DNA of 64,000 nucleotides from Mizuhopecten yessoensis (lineage: Eukaryota), in the NCBI RefSeq assembly GCF_002113885.1, contig NW_018408906.1:1-64000 (forward strand), in the 5' to 3' direction. The notes under the pieces were generated by a model, which was given only the letters and a program-made list of their open reading frames with translations, was not told the DNA's origin and ran no database searches. Positions 35,985 through 50,426 of this stretch are shown in pieces (position 1 is the first letter of the stretch; each line of letters opens with the position of its first letter). The position numbers were made by a program, and so were the translations under genes.

Positions 35985-38900
35985 TCACTGGATTGGAAAC
36001 GTGTCCACCTCCCCTACGTCAGAATGTGTCTCCACGCCTGCCACATACGTTATCTTGAATTTTAACCGAATATTTTCCTGAAAAATGAGAGTTATTGAGA
36101 AGATGAAGGATCTATAGGTAAAGCAGTGGAAGGTTTTTTTAACTGTAGTAAAATGTGGTTTATTTTTTAAGTCAAGTGCCCTTGAAATATTTTTGCCCAT
36201 AAGAAATATTTTATCCGTTGCAAAATGCCTTTATTCACATCTTCACCCCATCTTTGACTGACCTTTGACCTAGAAATACAGAATTTGTATGATGAAGAAT
36301 TAAAAGCTGTCAGAAGATAAAATACAAATTGGAGTCCAGGACATAAATACATCTGCTTGCATTATTAACCGATTAACAGAACAATGTGTGATATATCAAA
36401 CAAAATTGAATCATTACCTTGTGTGGATTTGCAAAGAGCATGACTTGAGTAATGGCTGCCGGGGGCAGGATAGGGTTGTAGGCTGGAAGGTCAGTGGCCG
36501 AGGGTGGCTGCAGTTTTACTTTCATCACCTGTTGGTCAAAATTAATATTTTCATAATATTTAATCATCTGCATGATTGATTTACCAGCTGTTTTAATTAT
36601 TACGGTAGTATATTGCACATTACAACCATGAAGTGTGGAAAATGTTAAATCTGTTTCTGCATAATGTGGTGAAATTTGCGAACAGGCATAAAAAAAATTG
36701 CGAACAGGCGTAATAAAAGTACTAGTTCTGACCTTGGTACAGCTGTAATAAAAGTACTAGTTCTGACCTTTGGTACAGCTGTAATAAAAGCACTTGTTCT
36801 GACCGTTGGTACAGCTGTAATAAAAGTACTAGTTCTGACCTTTCGTACAGTTGTAATAAAAGTACTAGTTCTGATCTTTCGTACAGCTGTAATAAAAGTA
36901 CTGGTTCTGACCTTTGGTACAGCTGTAATGAAAGTAATAGTTCTGACCTGTGGTACAGCTGTAAATAAAAGTACTAGTTCTGACCTTTGGTACAGCTGTA
37001 ATGAAAGTACTAGTTCTGACCTGTGGTACAGCTGTAAATAAAAGTACTAGTTCTGACCTTTGGTACAGCTGTAATAAAAGTACTATTTCTGACCTTTGGT
37101 ACAGCTGTAATGAAAGTAATAGTTCTGACCTGTGGTACAGCTGTAATAAAAGTTCTAGTTCTGGCCTTTGGTACAGCTGTAATGAAAGTACTAGTTCTGA
37201 CCTTTGGTACATCTGTAATGAAAGTACTAGTTCTGACCTTTGGTACATCTGTAATGAAAGTACTAGTTCTGACCTGTGGTACAGCTGTAATAAAAGTTCT
37301 AGTTCTGGCCTTTGGTACAGCTGTAATAAAAGTTCTAGTTCTGGCCTTTGGTACAGCTGTAATGAAAGTACTAGTTCTGACCTGTGGTACAGCTGTAATA
37401 AAAGTACTAGTTCTGACCTTTGGTACGGCTGTAATAAAAGTACTAGTCCTGACCTTTGGTACAGCTGTAATAAAAGTATGAGTCCTGACCTGTGGTACAG
37501 CTGTAATAAAAGTACTAGTTCTGACCTTTCGTACAGCTGTAATAAAAGTACTAGTTCTGACCTTTGGTACGGCTGTAATAAAAGTACTAGTCCTGACCTT
37601 TGGTACAGCTGTAGTAAAAGTATGAGTCCTGACCTGTGGTACAGCTGTAATAAAAGTACTAGTTCTGACCTTTGGTACGGCTGTAATAAAAGTACTAGTC
37701 CTGACCTTTGGTACAGCTGTAATAAAAGTACTAGTTCTGACCTTTGGTACAGCTGTAATGAAAGTACTAGTCCTGACCTTTGGTACAGCTGTAATAAAAG
37801 TGCTAGTTCTGACCTTTGGTACAGCTGCTTGGAAGCTGAAGTTTTTCACCGGGTTTGTATTGGTACTGATAACAGACACCACCATCACAGATACATCATC
37901 CCGCGGGCGATCCTTCCCGCAGTGTATCACCATCTTCAGGCCGTTTTTATCGTACGCATTCACAGGAGCCAATGAACCTATAATAACAATTAATATGAAC
38001 TGAGAGAAAGTTTCACAAAGCTGATCTTCACATCAACATATACACATGACCCTTGTTCTATTGAAATTAAAGGCAAAATTAGAGGAAAAATGATGTCTTT
38101 GTTAAAACCGCTGGAATATAATGAAAGTCCCCAGACATGTACGACCATATAAGTATATTTATCACTTACTTGGCTGTATCTTCTCCAAAGGTACAAATAT
38201 ATCGGCTAGAGAGAGTATTTCCTGGGAGGTAATTTTGGCAGGGGACACCTGGGGGACTGGGGGAAAGGTTGGAATGGTTGCCGTGGTGTTGACGGAGGCT
38301 GGTTGGCTGGATAACCCGAACTGGCTGTAGTTAGCCGCGGTATTGTTTGTCCCAGTTGTACCTTTGGATGCTATTTGGTTTAATGTCAACTTTGGTTGAG
38401 GTCTGTCAAAAATATTAAAAATACAGATAATACAGTCATAGTTCTTCATACATGAAATCTTTAACAACTAGAAAAGATTTGTGAATCATACATATGCTAC
38501 TCCCATTTTGATGAAAATGGAGCTAAACTTAACCAAAATCAGTGAAGCAGAAATATATAGGTCACAGTGACCTATATTTGAGATATTGGGGCAGTACTTC
38601 TCAAGATGTCTTAGTACGTGTATATATATATATCCACACATGAAATTTCATGACTAGACTTTCAGTAATAGAGTGTGAAAATACCCACATGAAATTTCGT
38701 GACTGACTTCCAGTAGCGGAGTAATGGTGCTAAATGCTAGATCTAACCAAGATGTGCTATGGATAGATGGATTGACCGTGGGAGAAGGCAAACAAATGGT
38801 CCTTCCACTAAGTTACAAAGCATATAAAACAGTCCTAATTCTGCTGGTATTGTGTAACACATTAACGACAACAAAATGAAATAAAAGCACCAAAACATTA

Positions 38901-41900
38901 ACATTATTATCTAGCCGAGGTCAACTTGTGTGTAAAGGGGGTGACATACACAACTTCTTGTGGTATAATTTTAGCCTCTTTAGGTAGACTCTGCTGCATC
39001 AGATCTTGTCCGAGCAGGTCCAGGTCGGCCATTCCTTTGGAGGCGAGAGTGTTCAAAACCTGGGCTGAGGCGTTCACATTTACAGCTGGTAAAGTACCTA
39101 TACAAAACAACACGGTTTTATTAACACAATTTCTATTATGTTCATAGTATTGTTTCTAACTCACTGCCAATGTAATTCAATGTCCTGTTCTTCCCTTTAT
39201 TCTTCACCATTCTTTTATATGGTACCCTACATATAAAGCCAAATCCCTTTATTATGCCAATGTTCATGGATAATCAGTGGCAGTATACAGAAACAGTTTT
39301 ACTGCACATGGTCAGTGAGCACAGGTGTGGCGAGAACTGTTAATTACAATTACAGTAATCCCTTAAAAAAATTGCTCTTCTTAAAATTACACTATTTACA
39401 ATGAAATGGTGTATTTACACACATTTCTCTCCCCTTAATGAAATTTTCCTTAAAAATATACTTAAATAGTTATAGAGTGGATATTAAACTCGGGAGGATG
39501 AAAATTACAACTTCAATGGAAACTGGAAATGAAGTCCTCTTTTTCTTAAGAACAATAGTTTATAAGCATCTCCAGACCAAGAAGTGGGTTAAGATTTCTT
39601 ATGCTGATCTGCCACCATGGTGACACCTAACCCAATGCCATACATTATGTAGGTGAAGAGATAACCTTGACCTGCAGCTGCTGCCATGGGAACCCATTTA
39701 GCCAAATCCTTAGGGTGTTGAGACATAACGTACCATGATATTCACCTGTGGTGATCCCCTAACCTAATCCTACGAACGAAGAGATTATCCTGACAAGATG
39801 TTGCTACCATACAAACCTTCTTCATAAATCCAAAAGAATGAAGACGCATAACCTGAACTGCACCTAAGGTAGATACTCAACATCCATAGGTGTCAAAACT
39901 TGGCCTGACTTGCCCTCATTGTGATATCCCGTGTCAATCCCTCCAGATAAGAAACTAACCCTGACTGACACCATGGCAAATCTGAAGAGCAAATCTACAG
40001 GGGGAGCAACTTACCTTGACCTGCCCCCATGGTCATGGGACTTGTCATCTGTGAGGGGTGCTGAGATAGCAGGGAGGGAGAGGAGAACATGCTGGTCGTG
40101 GCCTGATTAGCCTGCAGCACGGCCGGTCCCTGTGGCTGTGTCGGTAGTTGTGCCATGACGGGGCCTTGGGGGTTAGTCAGCATCATCCCTGGGCCCCCCA
40201 TCTGGAGGCCCGGATTTACAGGCTGGCTCATGTTACTGGTGGGTAACGCCATACCAGATGTCTGTTGCAAGAAGAAAGAAGTTATCATTTCAGGTAATCT
40301 CATTCCGTTAAAAACTTCATACGATCAAAACTGAAATTTTCAGCAACCATCAGATATATATTGTGAGTATGTCCTTCAGGCTCCCATCAAACTTGTGTTA
40401 CTTCTGTGTACCTGTGTCTTTTGGACCTATATCCTTATGGATAATGATCCCGTGTTATTCCCAAACCTCTCTAGATCTGCTCCGAGCAGAAATATCAGTC
40501 TACAAAATGTTTGGTTTAGACAAGTTTAATTCTGATAACATACTATATACCGGCATGTGTTTGCCCAGTTAAAGATGCATCCTTGATAGGTTAATAGTGA
40601 TGATAGCGTCCTTCATAGTGGGGAAAACCTTGAATCATAAATTGTATCAAATTATTTGCCACCCCGATAAATTCAGCCTCATTACAGAGGGCAAAAAGAG
40701 CAAAAGTGTGGTAAATACCATACAGTATATATATACAGTATGGCAAAACCAACGACTGTTTTCTCAATCTATGTTAAATGAATACATGAATGTGTAGGTT
40801 TAATCTTAGTTTTGTGCATCTACTTACCACACTAGATGTTTGAGATGTTGCTCCAAATATGTCGTTAAGATCTGCCAGTAATGAGTCAGATCTGTCAGAC
40901 GGCTGAGGATCTTGTAAACCTGTAAATGACATCCAGTTCTCATAACATTAAATGGGTTCAAAATGACCATCACAATGCGCAAGTTCTCCCATCTACAGTG
41001 CCGGAGTATTTAGACTTTGGAAAAAGGTTTTTTTAACCAAACACCAAACTAAACCATTAAAACCCTGTTCCATTTAGCAAACTGCATTTGCTTATACCAG
41101 CACCTCGAAGACATGCATAATTGTTACGAGAAAATATTTCATTATCAATGTTCACCTAAATCCATTAGTGTATGTTCCTGCTAAGTATCCAAAACAGGTG
41201 ATTTTCAAAAGTAGTTGTTGGTCGACTGTTGACAGATAACAGTATCATAAACAATTTATTCTGATTAAAATAGCTTAACCCTTTCACCCCTATGTAACTT
41301 GAGTCAACTCTACCACACATTTATCTGGGCGAGTCCATTATGATCTGCAGTGGCGAAAGGGTTAAAAGTTAAAGAAAAGCAGGCTCCTTTTTGCCAATGT
41401 GCAACTAGCTTTTAACAATGTCAAGAACACTAGACATGATCAAATTTGACTGAGACACTTTCAATGCTATAAGCATAATGAATCCAAGGGCAAATCTCAC
41501 TCCTTCAATTCCTGGAGATTTGATCATTACCAACTATTTCTGATTTAGGACAATTTTTTGGCATATAATAACAAAAAATCAAGTATTTTACAGGAAAATC
41601 GGTACCAAAGATAAAAAAACCCTGCAAAAACTTAAAAGAGAAATTTGTGTTTAAAAAATTTCCAAGAAATCTTTTTGACGTTATTTAATCCCTGCAACTT
41701 CCTGTAGTAATATTTGACTGTAAAACACTGATAGTTTATATCCCTGACCAAAAAATTAAAGCAGTACCCGATAAATATTGACAGGATCCTGCTTCAGTGA
41801 TAAAGAGATATTTACCTTTCAGAAAACCATGACCAATATAGGTGCATAATTAGTATACGAACATTGTTTAAACCTTGCCATCGTGATACTTGTCTTCCAG

Positions 41901-44900
41901 ACAACCATGATCAACAGGAATGCTGCTAAATGTCGACCATAACTTAATGCTAAATTGACTGTGTGAGACATTTGTCAATGACCAGTGAGTTACCTAGAGA
42001 CTGAAACTGGCCATCCAATATGAGGGAAATGTCTGCATTGCCTTCGGACTGACTGGTCATCGGCTGGGATGGACTGGACTGGTCCAGTGCAAGATCAAGC
42101 AGGGCTGATGTATTGGCTAAAATGGGTGCATGGGGATAGGTCAAGGTAAAAAGGTGCTAAAGTATCATCATCTATATTTATAACACACTAAAGAGAAACG
42201 CTATAAGTACAACACAGGTTACATAAAATGGTGGAAAACTAGCTGTACTGATTAAAATGCAGTTGCTTATATTCAAGAACTACTTGACATTTCAAAATAA
42301 TATATATATATTTCATTAATTTAAGGAAAATTGTCTGGACTAATGAAATTTGTCAATTGCATTTGGGAGTAAGATTATTTTGGAAACTGTCTGGACTAAC
42401 AAGGTTCATTTTTTATACCTGAAATATTGTAATTAAGTAATCACCCTTTATATCTATTGTCTTTGCGTATTGCAGAGTTATCTTCTCTTGGGAGCAGGTA
42501 TTGATTGTTACGTCATTGGTTTGTGTGAGAAAATTACGTCGTTTTCTCAAAAATTGATGACGTTACTCTCACAAACAAGTGACGTAACAATGAATACCTG
42601 CTCCCAAGAGAAGATAACTCTGCAATACGCAAAGACGGAATAGACATCTGTTCGGACTATCTGAAAGGTCTATACATGTACCAGGTACATTTAAAATGTC
42701 ACAATTTCGCTGCATGCATTCATAAACATTGTTGTCCTATGCAAAGTACAGGCCACTAAAGTGTTAGAGCACACTAAAACTACAAACTATCTAAGTTCAG
42801 ACAGTAGATCTTACACTGCAATGCATTACCTTGACATGTTTCATTCATTCAAGTTCTTCATTACTTTAAGTCAGTTGACTTATCAGTCAGAACATATATA
42901 CAAAACAATACAGAGACAACAAACCCATATACCATAAGCATCTGAATAATTATATGAAGCTGTTAGTCAGAATATATATATATATATGCAACAGTAATAT
43001 TATCTATAGTTACAGATGAAAAACATAAAACCTGGACCTCCAAGGTACACCTTATCTTGTAATCAATACTGTGAAACCATGTATTTTATAGCACCTTATT
43101 TTCATGACTTTCAAAAACCCCTTCTGAAGAGGGACATGTATTAATTTTATGATGCATTTTCCTTTTTTCTCTTTCAAAATGAATGTAATTCATTTGATTT
43201 TCCATGATGAACCATATTAAATAACTGAAAGCAACATCTGGTGTGACAATAAATTATAATACAGCGATTATCAATCAGTAATTTAATACCTTGTAATGTT
43301 TATCCTGAATTCTACTGACAATCATACTTTCACAAAAGTTTGTTATAAAATCCCTTGATTAACTCATTCACCCCTGAAGACACAGTCGGACTCTTCCAAT
43401 TCAAAGGTTGGAATAGTTCATTATGAAATTTCAGGGGTGAATGAGTTAAAACCATTCAACATTCATGATATGATACAAAAAATGCCACCAAAAACAAATG
43501 ATTTCACAATACATGTATTTTTTTTTTTTCACAATTTGCTTGACAATACATATGATAAACTAACAATTTACCAGAAAAATTTCTTCCAAAATAACAAATG
43601 GTATTGTATGTCATTCCTTTTTAATACAAGTAAAACTAACATCAACTATTCTTGTTATAGATATAAGTTACAGTGGTATATGGCTATACATGGTTAATAC
43701 AGCCTTTTAAGAAAAAAATCACGTTTTTCCTAAATTTTTAAAACAAAATACAAGATTTTAAGCAATCAATGATCTTTTTACAATCAAGTGCTTTCAACAC
43801 AAAGCTTTGAAACAGTCCTCCAAAACAAATATATAGTCAGTCTCCCAATATATAATACAGCTCTTTTCCAGGGATATTGAGTAAATTCCAGTACAATGTA
43901 CTTGTACAGGATAATTTTATTTTCCAGTACACATTTTGGGAACTAACCTCAATACCAGCCCATTTCACTGCTGTACGAACCATGACCAAACCACAAAGCC
44001 AGAAACATAAAAATATGAACTTTTCTACACGACTACAAAAACTAATGTTAATACAAAGCTGTATGCTTTGTTGACGGAAGCACAATCACGAAAATACATT
44101 CAGTGTCATTTCATATTAAGATTATTGATCCCAATGACATGTGCATTTCAGGGTTTATGAATCAAAGTTAATCTTGCTATAAATCTGAAAGGGGTCTATT
44201 AGGGTATGTCCTGTTTTAATTATTAAGACAAACAATTTTGCTTCAGATTTTCCACCTTACTTTAAGGGACTGGGGGGGAAGTATAATGACATTTGTTAAT
44301 CTAATATAAGCAAGTGGTCTTAAGATAACGAAATAGTTCTTGGTAACAAGGGTGTAGTCTCACCTTTAGCTGTTTCACTATTGTCTTCTGACACACCCTC
44401 CACCGTCTTCTTATACTCGCCCATAGCCTTCATTACTTCATCATTACAACTCAATATCTCCGCTAGAAAATAAAACAATGAGCAATATTATTTAATCTTT
44501 AAAAGTAAAGAAAACCATGATTTTTTTCTCTCTACATAAGGCAGTTATTTCGGCCCCATTCCCAATTAGATTTTAATCGTTTCCCAATCACAAAATTGTG
44601 AATACAACATACCGTACTTTTCGGATTGAAACTTTTTTTAATTACTTACAGATTCCATCATTATCTTTCTCATCAGCATCACTAGCTAGTCTGAAAAGGT
44701 TCGGGCGTAGCTTCTCTAAAGATTCATACAGCTCCTGTAACCAGAAAGAACACTCACTTCAGCCATCAAGCACAGTGTATGATTAAATCGTCACGGTAAC
44801 AAAGAGTCGAGCTTTACAAACAGATGACATCTAACTGATAGGAAGCGCACAAATCTGCACTTGAAATATTTTAGTTTTTACCTCAGGTATTCTTCAGTGT

Positions 44901-47900
44901 TTAAAAGGTAGAAAAAATTGTCTTTGTATTTAAGAATCTTGAGCATTTGTATTTCATCAACCCATTATTGTGATTCTGTTGTCCTGTACATGTTCTTATG
45001 AACTAAATCTAAATTTTTTTTTAACATTTTTACTCACCTTCATCATATCTCTATCGGACTGTGACGATGCCTCAGGTTTAAAATGAGACACCATTTCATT
45101 TAATAATTTTACATTGATGGTGATAGTTTTCAATTCGTTAATACGCCTCGAAACTTTCTCCATTCTTGATTCATCCTGCAAAGAACATGCCATAAATTAG
45201 CATATGAGGAATCTTGAAGCGATTAACAGAACTTTTGAAGCTTCAAACTTTTATACGTGTATTTTTAAAATTGCACCTTCAGTAAAACGTTTTGACAGGT
45301 TTTTCAAAATTCAACAAATCTGAATAAGCTAAATCTCAGTGTTTACATTTTCTTCCAAAACAAAATTTTTACAGTTTCAAGCCCAACCTGATTATTAAAA
45401 TTACTGTTGTTTGTTTGGCTGATATAAAGTAATTATCATATAATCGGGGCCAGAAAGGCATTTTTTTGTAACTGAATGTAAATATCTTTTTCAGATGTAA
45501 AAAAAAAGATTTTAGAGCCCACCACTCTTACACATAAAATCATAATACCTATATTACACATTTTTATCTGGAACAGCCCTGATGAAAATGATCTGACAGG
45601 TGTTCCCATTTCAGAACATTAAGATGCAATAGGACTTTGTTTTAAGGTCCTGTATATTTCAGATTGTAACAGACCAATAATGATACTGACGTTTACAAAA
45701 TATTACTTACTTGTTTTACCATATTCTTGATCAGTCTGTTAGCAGCCTGAAGATCGTTAGGATTTTTACTCTTCAATAACTTGGATAATAACTGCAAATA
45801 AAATGACATAACATTAATTCAACATACAGCTGAGCCTAGATAATCCAGCCATCTTTGTTCCCAGTAAATAATGCAGCCAGCTTCAAACATTGAACCAAAA
45901 AGGGACCACTTTTTTTAATGCAAATCAATGGAATTTTATTTTCTAAATGGATAGAAAAGGGTTCTGTTAAGATACCTTTTCTTTGGCTTTTCACATATAA
46001 TGTAATTTTTTGCAAAGTTGTTGTAAGATCTTTCCGCATCTGAATTTTTGTGTATTTATCTGCATGCTTATCATAAAAGTTTGTGTTCTATTTTATTATG
46101 AATTTATCCTTCTTTTGCGAATAAAACGAAATTTAATAAGAAACAGGCAAATAAATACCTTATACATATGTGTATATGATATTTTATGCAAATACCTGAA
46201 TTTTGCATTTGTCCATTAATAGCGGATAAAGTGAAAACTACCGGAAATTAAAATCAACATCACATTTTCTAATTATTATAATATCTAGATTTAATACCTT
46301 AGATTTCTCCTCATCTTCAAATGATGCTGTTCTGGCTTTTGATGGGACCACAGCATCAGCAGCCTGAAAATTCATTCAAAAAAATCACTTGTAAAGCTGG
46401 TTATAATTACAACTATAGCACAAAATTTCTTTCGGACAACAAAAAGAAACACGAAACAAATTTCCATTCTGAATGTTCCTATGGCTGGTTTTTCTGATGT
46501 TTCCCCAACCATTTTTACCCCTGACCAAATCAACACAGAAAATTGTCTCCGCACATTTTCCGTACCTTATCCAGATATGTTGGATCTTCCTTGACGATAC
46601 CTTGCTGTTTCAACATTTGGTAAGCTTCTAAAACCTTGGATTCATGTGGCAATCCCCTGCTCCAGCTGTATATTAGCTCTATACATCTTTTCTTCACTTT
46701 CATTGTGGTTCTGTTACCTAAATACTGACAGGAAAAACACAAACATTACTGGTGATAAGATAAAGATAAAGATACATTAACTTGGATAAAACGACCATCC
46801 GTTCAACTTACCAGGGTAAGTTAACCCTTTCACCCCTAGGTAACTTTAGTAGACTCTACCATGCATTAATGGGGAGGAGTCCATTATGGTCTACGATGGT
46901 GAAAGGGTCAAGTTAGTTGATGGATTCAAGCAAATTTTGCCACCATGCCCAAATCTAAGATACATTATTGAAACTGATGTAAATATTCCAGATATAAGTT
47001 TCCTTAATACGTTAAGTTTATTAAAATTTTTATAGAAAAAAACTTTACAAATTATGCAACAGAATCTTACAAGTCTAATTACCTTAGAATAAAATTGCAA
47101 TAAATGATAGATTTGATTTAATGCAGGGTGTATTTCAAAATTGTATACAAGGATTGAACGAATTAGATCAATGTCATACTGGTATAAAAGAAAAAAGGGT
47201 AACTTACATATTCCATGAAGGGCTTCATGGTAAATATGTACGTAACCGATTTGCATTCATACCAGCATGAACATTGAAAACTGCCGTTCAATCCTTATAT
47301 TTACATTCTGAATTTTTATTTATTATTGACCTGAATACAAATATTCCCTTATATTTCTGATATTTAAGTGTTTATGTCGTCAATGCAAACAGAATTACTT
47401 GAACAGCCTAACGTCATCTAAATGTTTGCTTTTAGTGGTTGTCTCGATGTTTCGAGGTGGGAGGAGAAGCTTCAAAATGACGCTGATCCAATTGAGCTCA
47501 TAGCCCTATAAATGCAAATTCTTAGGTAGAGGAACTTGCAGTGGAAATGTAAATATACTTCTACTGTACTGAACATTGTGTTTGAGCTTATTAGGGAGTG
47601 GCTGTACAGAGTTGTAAAACACTGTATCCAATCCCTTAGACGGATTAACGTCGAAATATTAATATTTATCATTAAATCTCAACTGCAAAATAATTAAGTT
47701 TTACATAATATGATTTACTTACTTTTGGTGATACAACTTTAATCATTTCATTTAAAAATCGAAACTTTCCCAGTTCTTGATGAAACAATTTGCCACAATT
47801 TTTTACACAGGCTTCAACAGTCTGGAAGAAAAAAAGGATCATTAAGATGATATTCAATGAAATCTTATACCACATGCAGTTATGATTAAGGTCAGTTTTG

Positions 47901-50426
47901 GAGCAACTCTGTGAACACTTTAAGTCAAACACCTATAATTGTAGATATCTTACATTTCAATTACTTCATGCAACCCTTTGTATTGAAATGTTGAGTCAAT
48001 TTGCAAGGAGAGTTTTCAGTTAATTCAAATATGTAGTGCAATTATTCAGGCCCATATGGTATGTGTTTCTCACTAAATTCTTTGTTTTCCGACTTTGCAT
48101 GAAGAATCCCTGTGTCAAGGGAATTCAATGTTTATTTTGACCCACGACTATAAATATTTATCAGGCTTTTTTTCATGAAAAGATCGACGATTCTGGCAGA
48201 CCGCCATCTTGGACACAAGATAATCTCCCTTGGTACACGGAACTCAAAGACAAACGACGATCAACACATTTATTCATGTCAAACATCATTAAAAGATACA
48301 ATTGATACATACTGTGTTGTTACCTGAGTTTGTGTGAAAAGTATTATTAAATAGGTAACTGTAACAAAGAAAATTTAGCCAAATTCTTCCTGTTCCAAAG
48401 AATCGCCGATCAACTTACATTTCGACATATCGGCGAGTTTCCCCCATACTATTACGTAAATGTAGTTTTCAATTTTAAGCTCCGTTCCATGTAAGTTCTG
48501 TTAGTTTTTTTCTTTCAAATCGCATATGCTTACTGTTCAGCATGTTTTTTCCCCGGCTCACTTTCACATGTTGATCTTGCGTCTAACACTACGTAAACAC
48601 GTGATTGATAATAACCTCGTGAATTATTTCAATATTTATTAAATGAAGCATCGTAAAAAAATAGTCTGCTTTGATTTTTTCCCCCCTGGGCTCTTTTTCT
48701 AACTTTACCGTCAATGCCAGCAGTGCTTCTTGCTCCTGTGGGGACTGTATTTTGTGAGCCAGTAAGGGCAGAGAGATCTGTGGCCCCTCCAGTTCCTTGT
48801 TGATCTGGTCACAGAACGCCATGATATGGTCCCAATCTTCATCTCGGCTAGCAGGGTTGGTCGCTTTGTCTGAATAATGAAAATTATAAATATATTATAT
48901 AGCCAACGACAATTAATCATTATTTCCATTGTTAATTGTCACTTCTTCACTGTCACTTGCATTTTCGTGTTCAGAACATTTGAAATAATCAATACATGCG
49001 ATATTGTCTGCAACTATATAGATAAAGGACTATTGACAATCAAAGGTATTGCCCAAAATTGAAACCCTTTGAATTTGTTACAGTTATTACACCATGGAAA
49101 TTTCATCCCTCAAAATTAAAAGCAGGGGTCCACACTAACACTAGCCCGCTAGTCCTGGACTATTAGATTTCAGCAAGGACTAGTGAATCACCTAACCTAA
49201 CTGGTCCTTTGGACTTGTGATTTTTTTTTTTTTATAAAATAAGAATATTTCTTTTTTTAAATTTAGAAAATAGCTTAAAATAAGATATATTGCATGATAA
49301 CTGTCCAAATTTTCCTAAAACTTTACCATATTTTTATGGCAGTAAGTTATTTTAGGTCCCCTACAGTCGATTACTTTTGATGTTTCGTGCTGGAGATCAC
49401 GATGTTTCACTATCAGGAAATCTTGGACTAGTTACATTGACGAAGGACTAGTAAATAATCTATTCAACTAGTCCTGTGGACTACTAAGCAAAAAAAGTTA
49501 GTGTCTAACCCTGAAAAGAGATTAAATTCAGTATACATGAAGAAGTCAACTTGATGAGACTGATGACATAAAATAGAATAGGTTTATAACATTAACACAA
49601 GGCTACAAGGAAAGTGGATGGAGTTCATAACATGTTTATATATGGCCGTTTTGCATCATGCATGAAACTATAGAAGATGAAAATGTTTAGATATTAAACA
49701 GTGAACCTAACATTACACTTACAGACATGCTATTTGCACTGACGATAGAGACATTGTAAAAACAGGACATATTTGGGAATATCTATATTTGAACACTAAT
49801 ATGTATCTATAAATGTTCAATCCCTATTCGATCATTTATGAAATAATTTAAATAACACGGTCACGTTATTGTGATTTAATCTCAAACCTGTGATGACAAA
49901 CAACACAATTTGTGACATGAACGTCTAATGAAACAAGACCCAAATTTGGCTTTTCTAAGTGATAATTTATCGATGCAATCAGCGTTTTTTGGTGTAGGCC
50001 CTATTATTTATTCTGTTGATAATATCCAAAACCAGTGCAATTCTGGTTGCTTGCATACTTGTTAATGTATAAAAGGTGGTTACATTAATTTTACACGTGA
50101 TCTAAATAAGTATTTGTTAACTTAGATTAAACAAGCAAACATTTAACAGATATAACTATTCAGTGCTGGGCATGTTCATTTGCTACAACTTGATTTTGAG
50201 ACCCTCCCCCACCCGACCCACCGGCACATGCACACGTCATAATATGCTGACATGTGCGTACGGTTTGCCGACTGATGATCTTTCATTGACAAAATCATCA
50301 TCGACGAGTTACTAATGATCCCGCCCAAATAAAAATTGAAATGTAATCGATCATAAAGCGGCAATCTTCGACAACAGGAAGCAACTTACTAAGAAGCGAC
50401 TCGAGGCTTTCGCCTTCGACGGCCAT
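35985..50426 (-). CDS. GGA: ADP-ribosylation factor-binding protein GGA (VHS-GAT-hinge-GAE), 17 coding exons, 711 aa predicted
   Basis: Exons: 50426-50390, 48869-48709, 47821-47723, 46724-46566, 46363-46298, 45791-45711, 45175-45038, 44734-44650, 44462-44364, 42116-41994, 40919-40828, 40261-40015, 39097-38950, 38402-38170, 37977-37814, 36528-36418, 36077-35985. All GT-AG with compatible phases, total 2136 nt. VHS (KATNP..DW..FCDQINKELEGPQ, GKFRFLNEMIKVVSPKYLG), GAT (FEDEEKSKLLSKLLKSKNPNDLQAANRLIKNMV), GAE (FQAAVPKVMKVKLQPPS.TDLPAYNPILPPAAITQVML). Confidence 0.95.
36711..37826 (-). repeat. 36-bp minisatellite (~31 copies) spanning the GGA exon 15 splice donor
   Basis: Minus-strand unit CAGCTGTACCAAAG|GTCAGAACTAGTACTTTTATTA; the first copy overlaps the coding end (AVPK) of exon 15. 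Confidence 0.95.
41279..41361. mobile_element. 83-bp piggyBac-like MITE
   Basis: TTAA|CCCTTTC...GAAAGGG|TTAA. Confidence 0.75.
42453..42644. mobile_element. Fold-back MITE (~190 bp) in a GGA intron
   Basis: Long near-perfect inverted arms GTCTTTGCGTATTGCAGAGTTATCTTCTCTTGGGAGCAGGTATT / AATACCTGCTCCCAAGAGAAGATAACTCTGCAATACGCAAAGAC. Confidence 0.85.
43363..43445. mobile_element. 83-bp piggyBac-like MITE
   Basis: TTAA|CTCATTCACCCCTGAA...TTCAGGGGTGAATGAG|TTAA, perfect 16-bp TIR. Confidence 0.8.
46825..46907. mobile_element. 83-bp piggyBac-like MITE (same family as 41279)
   Basis: TTAA|CCCTTTCACC...GGTGAAAGGG|TCAA; interior alignable with 41279-41361. Confidence 0.75.
49123..49513. mobile_element. 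hAT-like MITE in GGA intron 1
   Basis: CAGGGGTCCACACTAAC...GTTAGTGTCTAACCCTG imperfect TIRs; subterminal CTAGTCC/GGACTAG repeats; no clean TSD. Confidence 0.55.

Noticed and set aside
36676-37975. Plus-strand Cys/Trp/Ser repeat ORFs (DLWYSCNKSTSS)n
   Set aside because: Antisense readings of the 36-bp intronic array of GGA.
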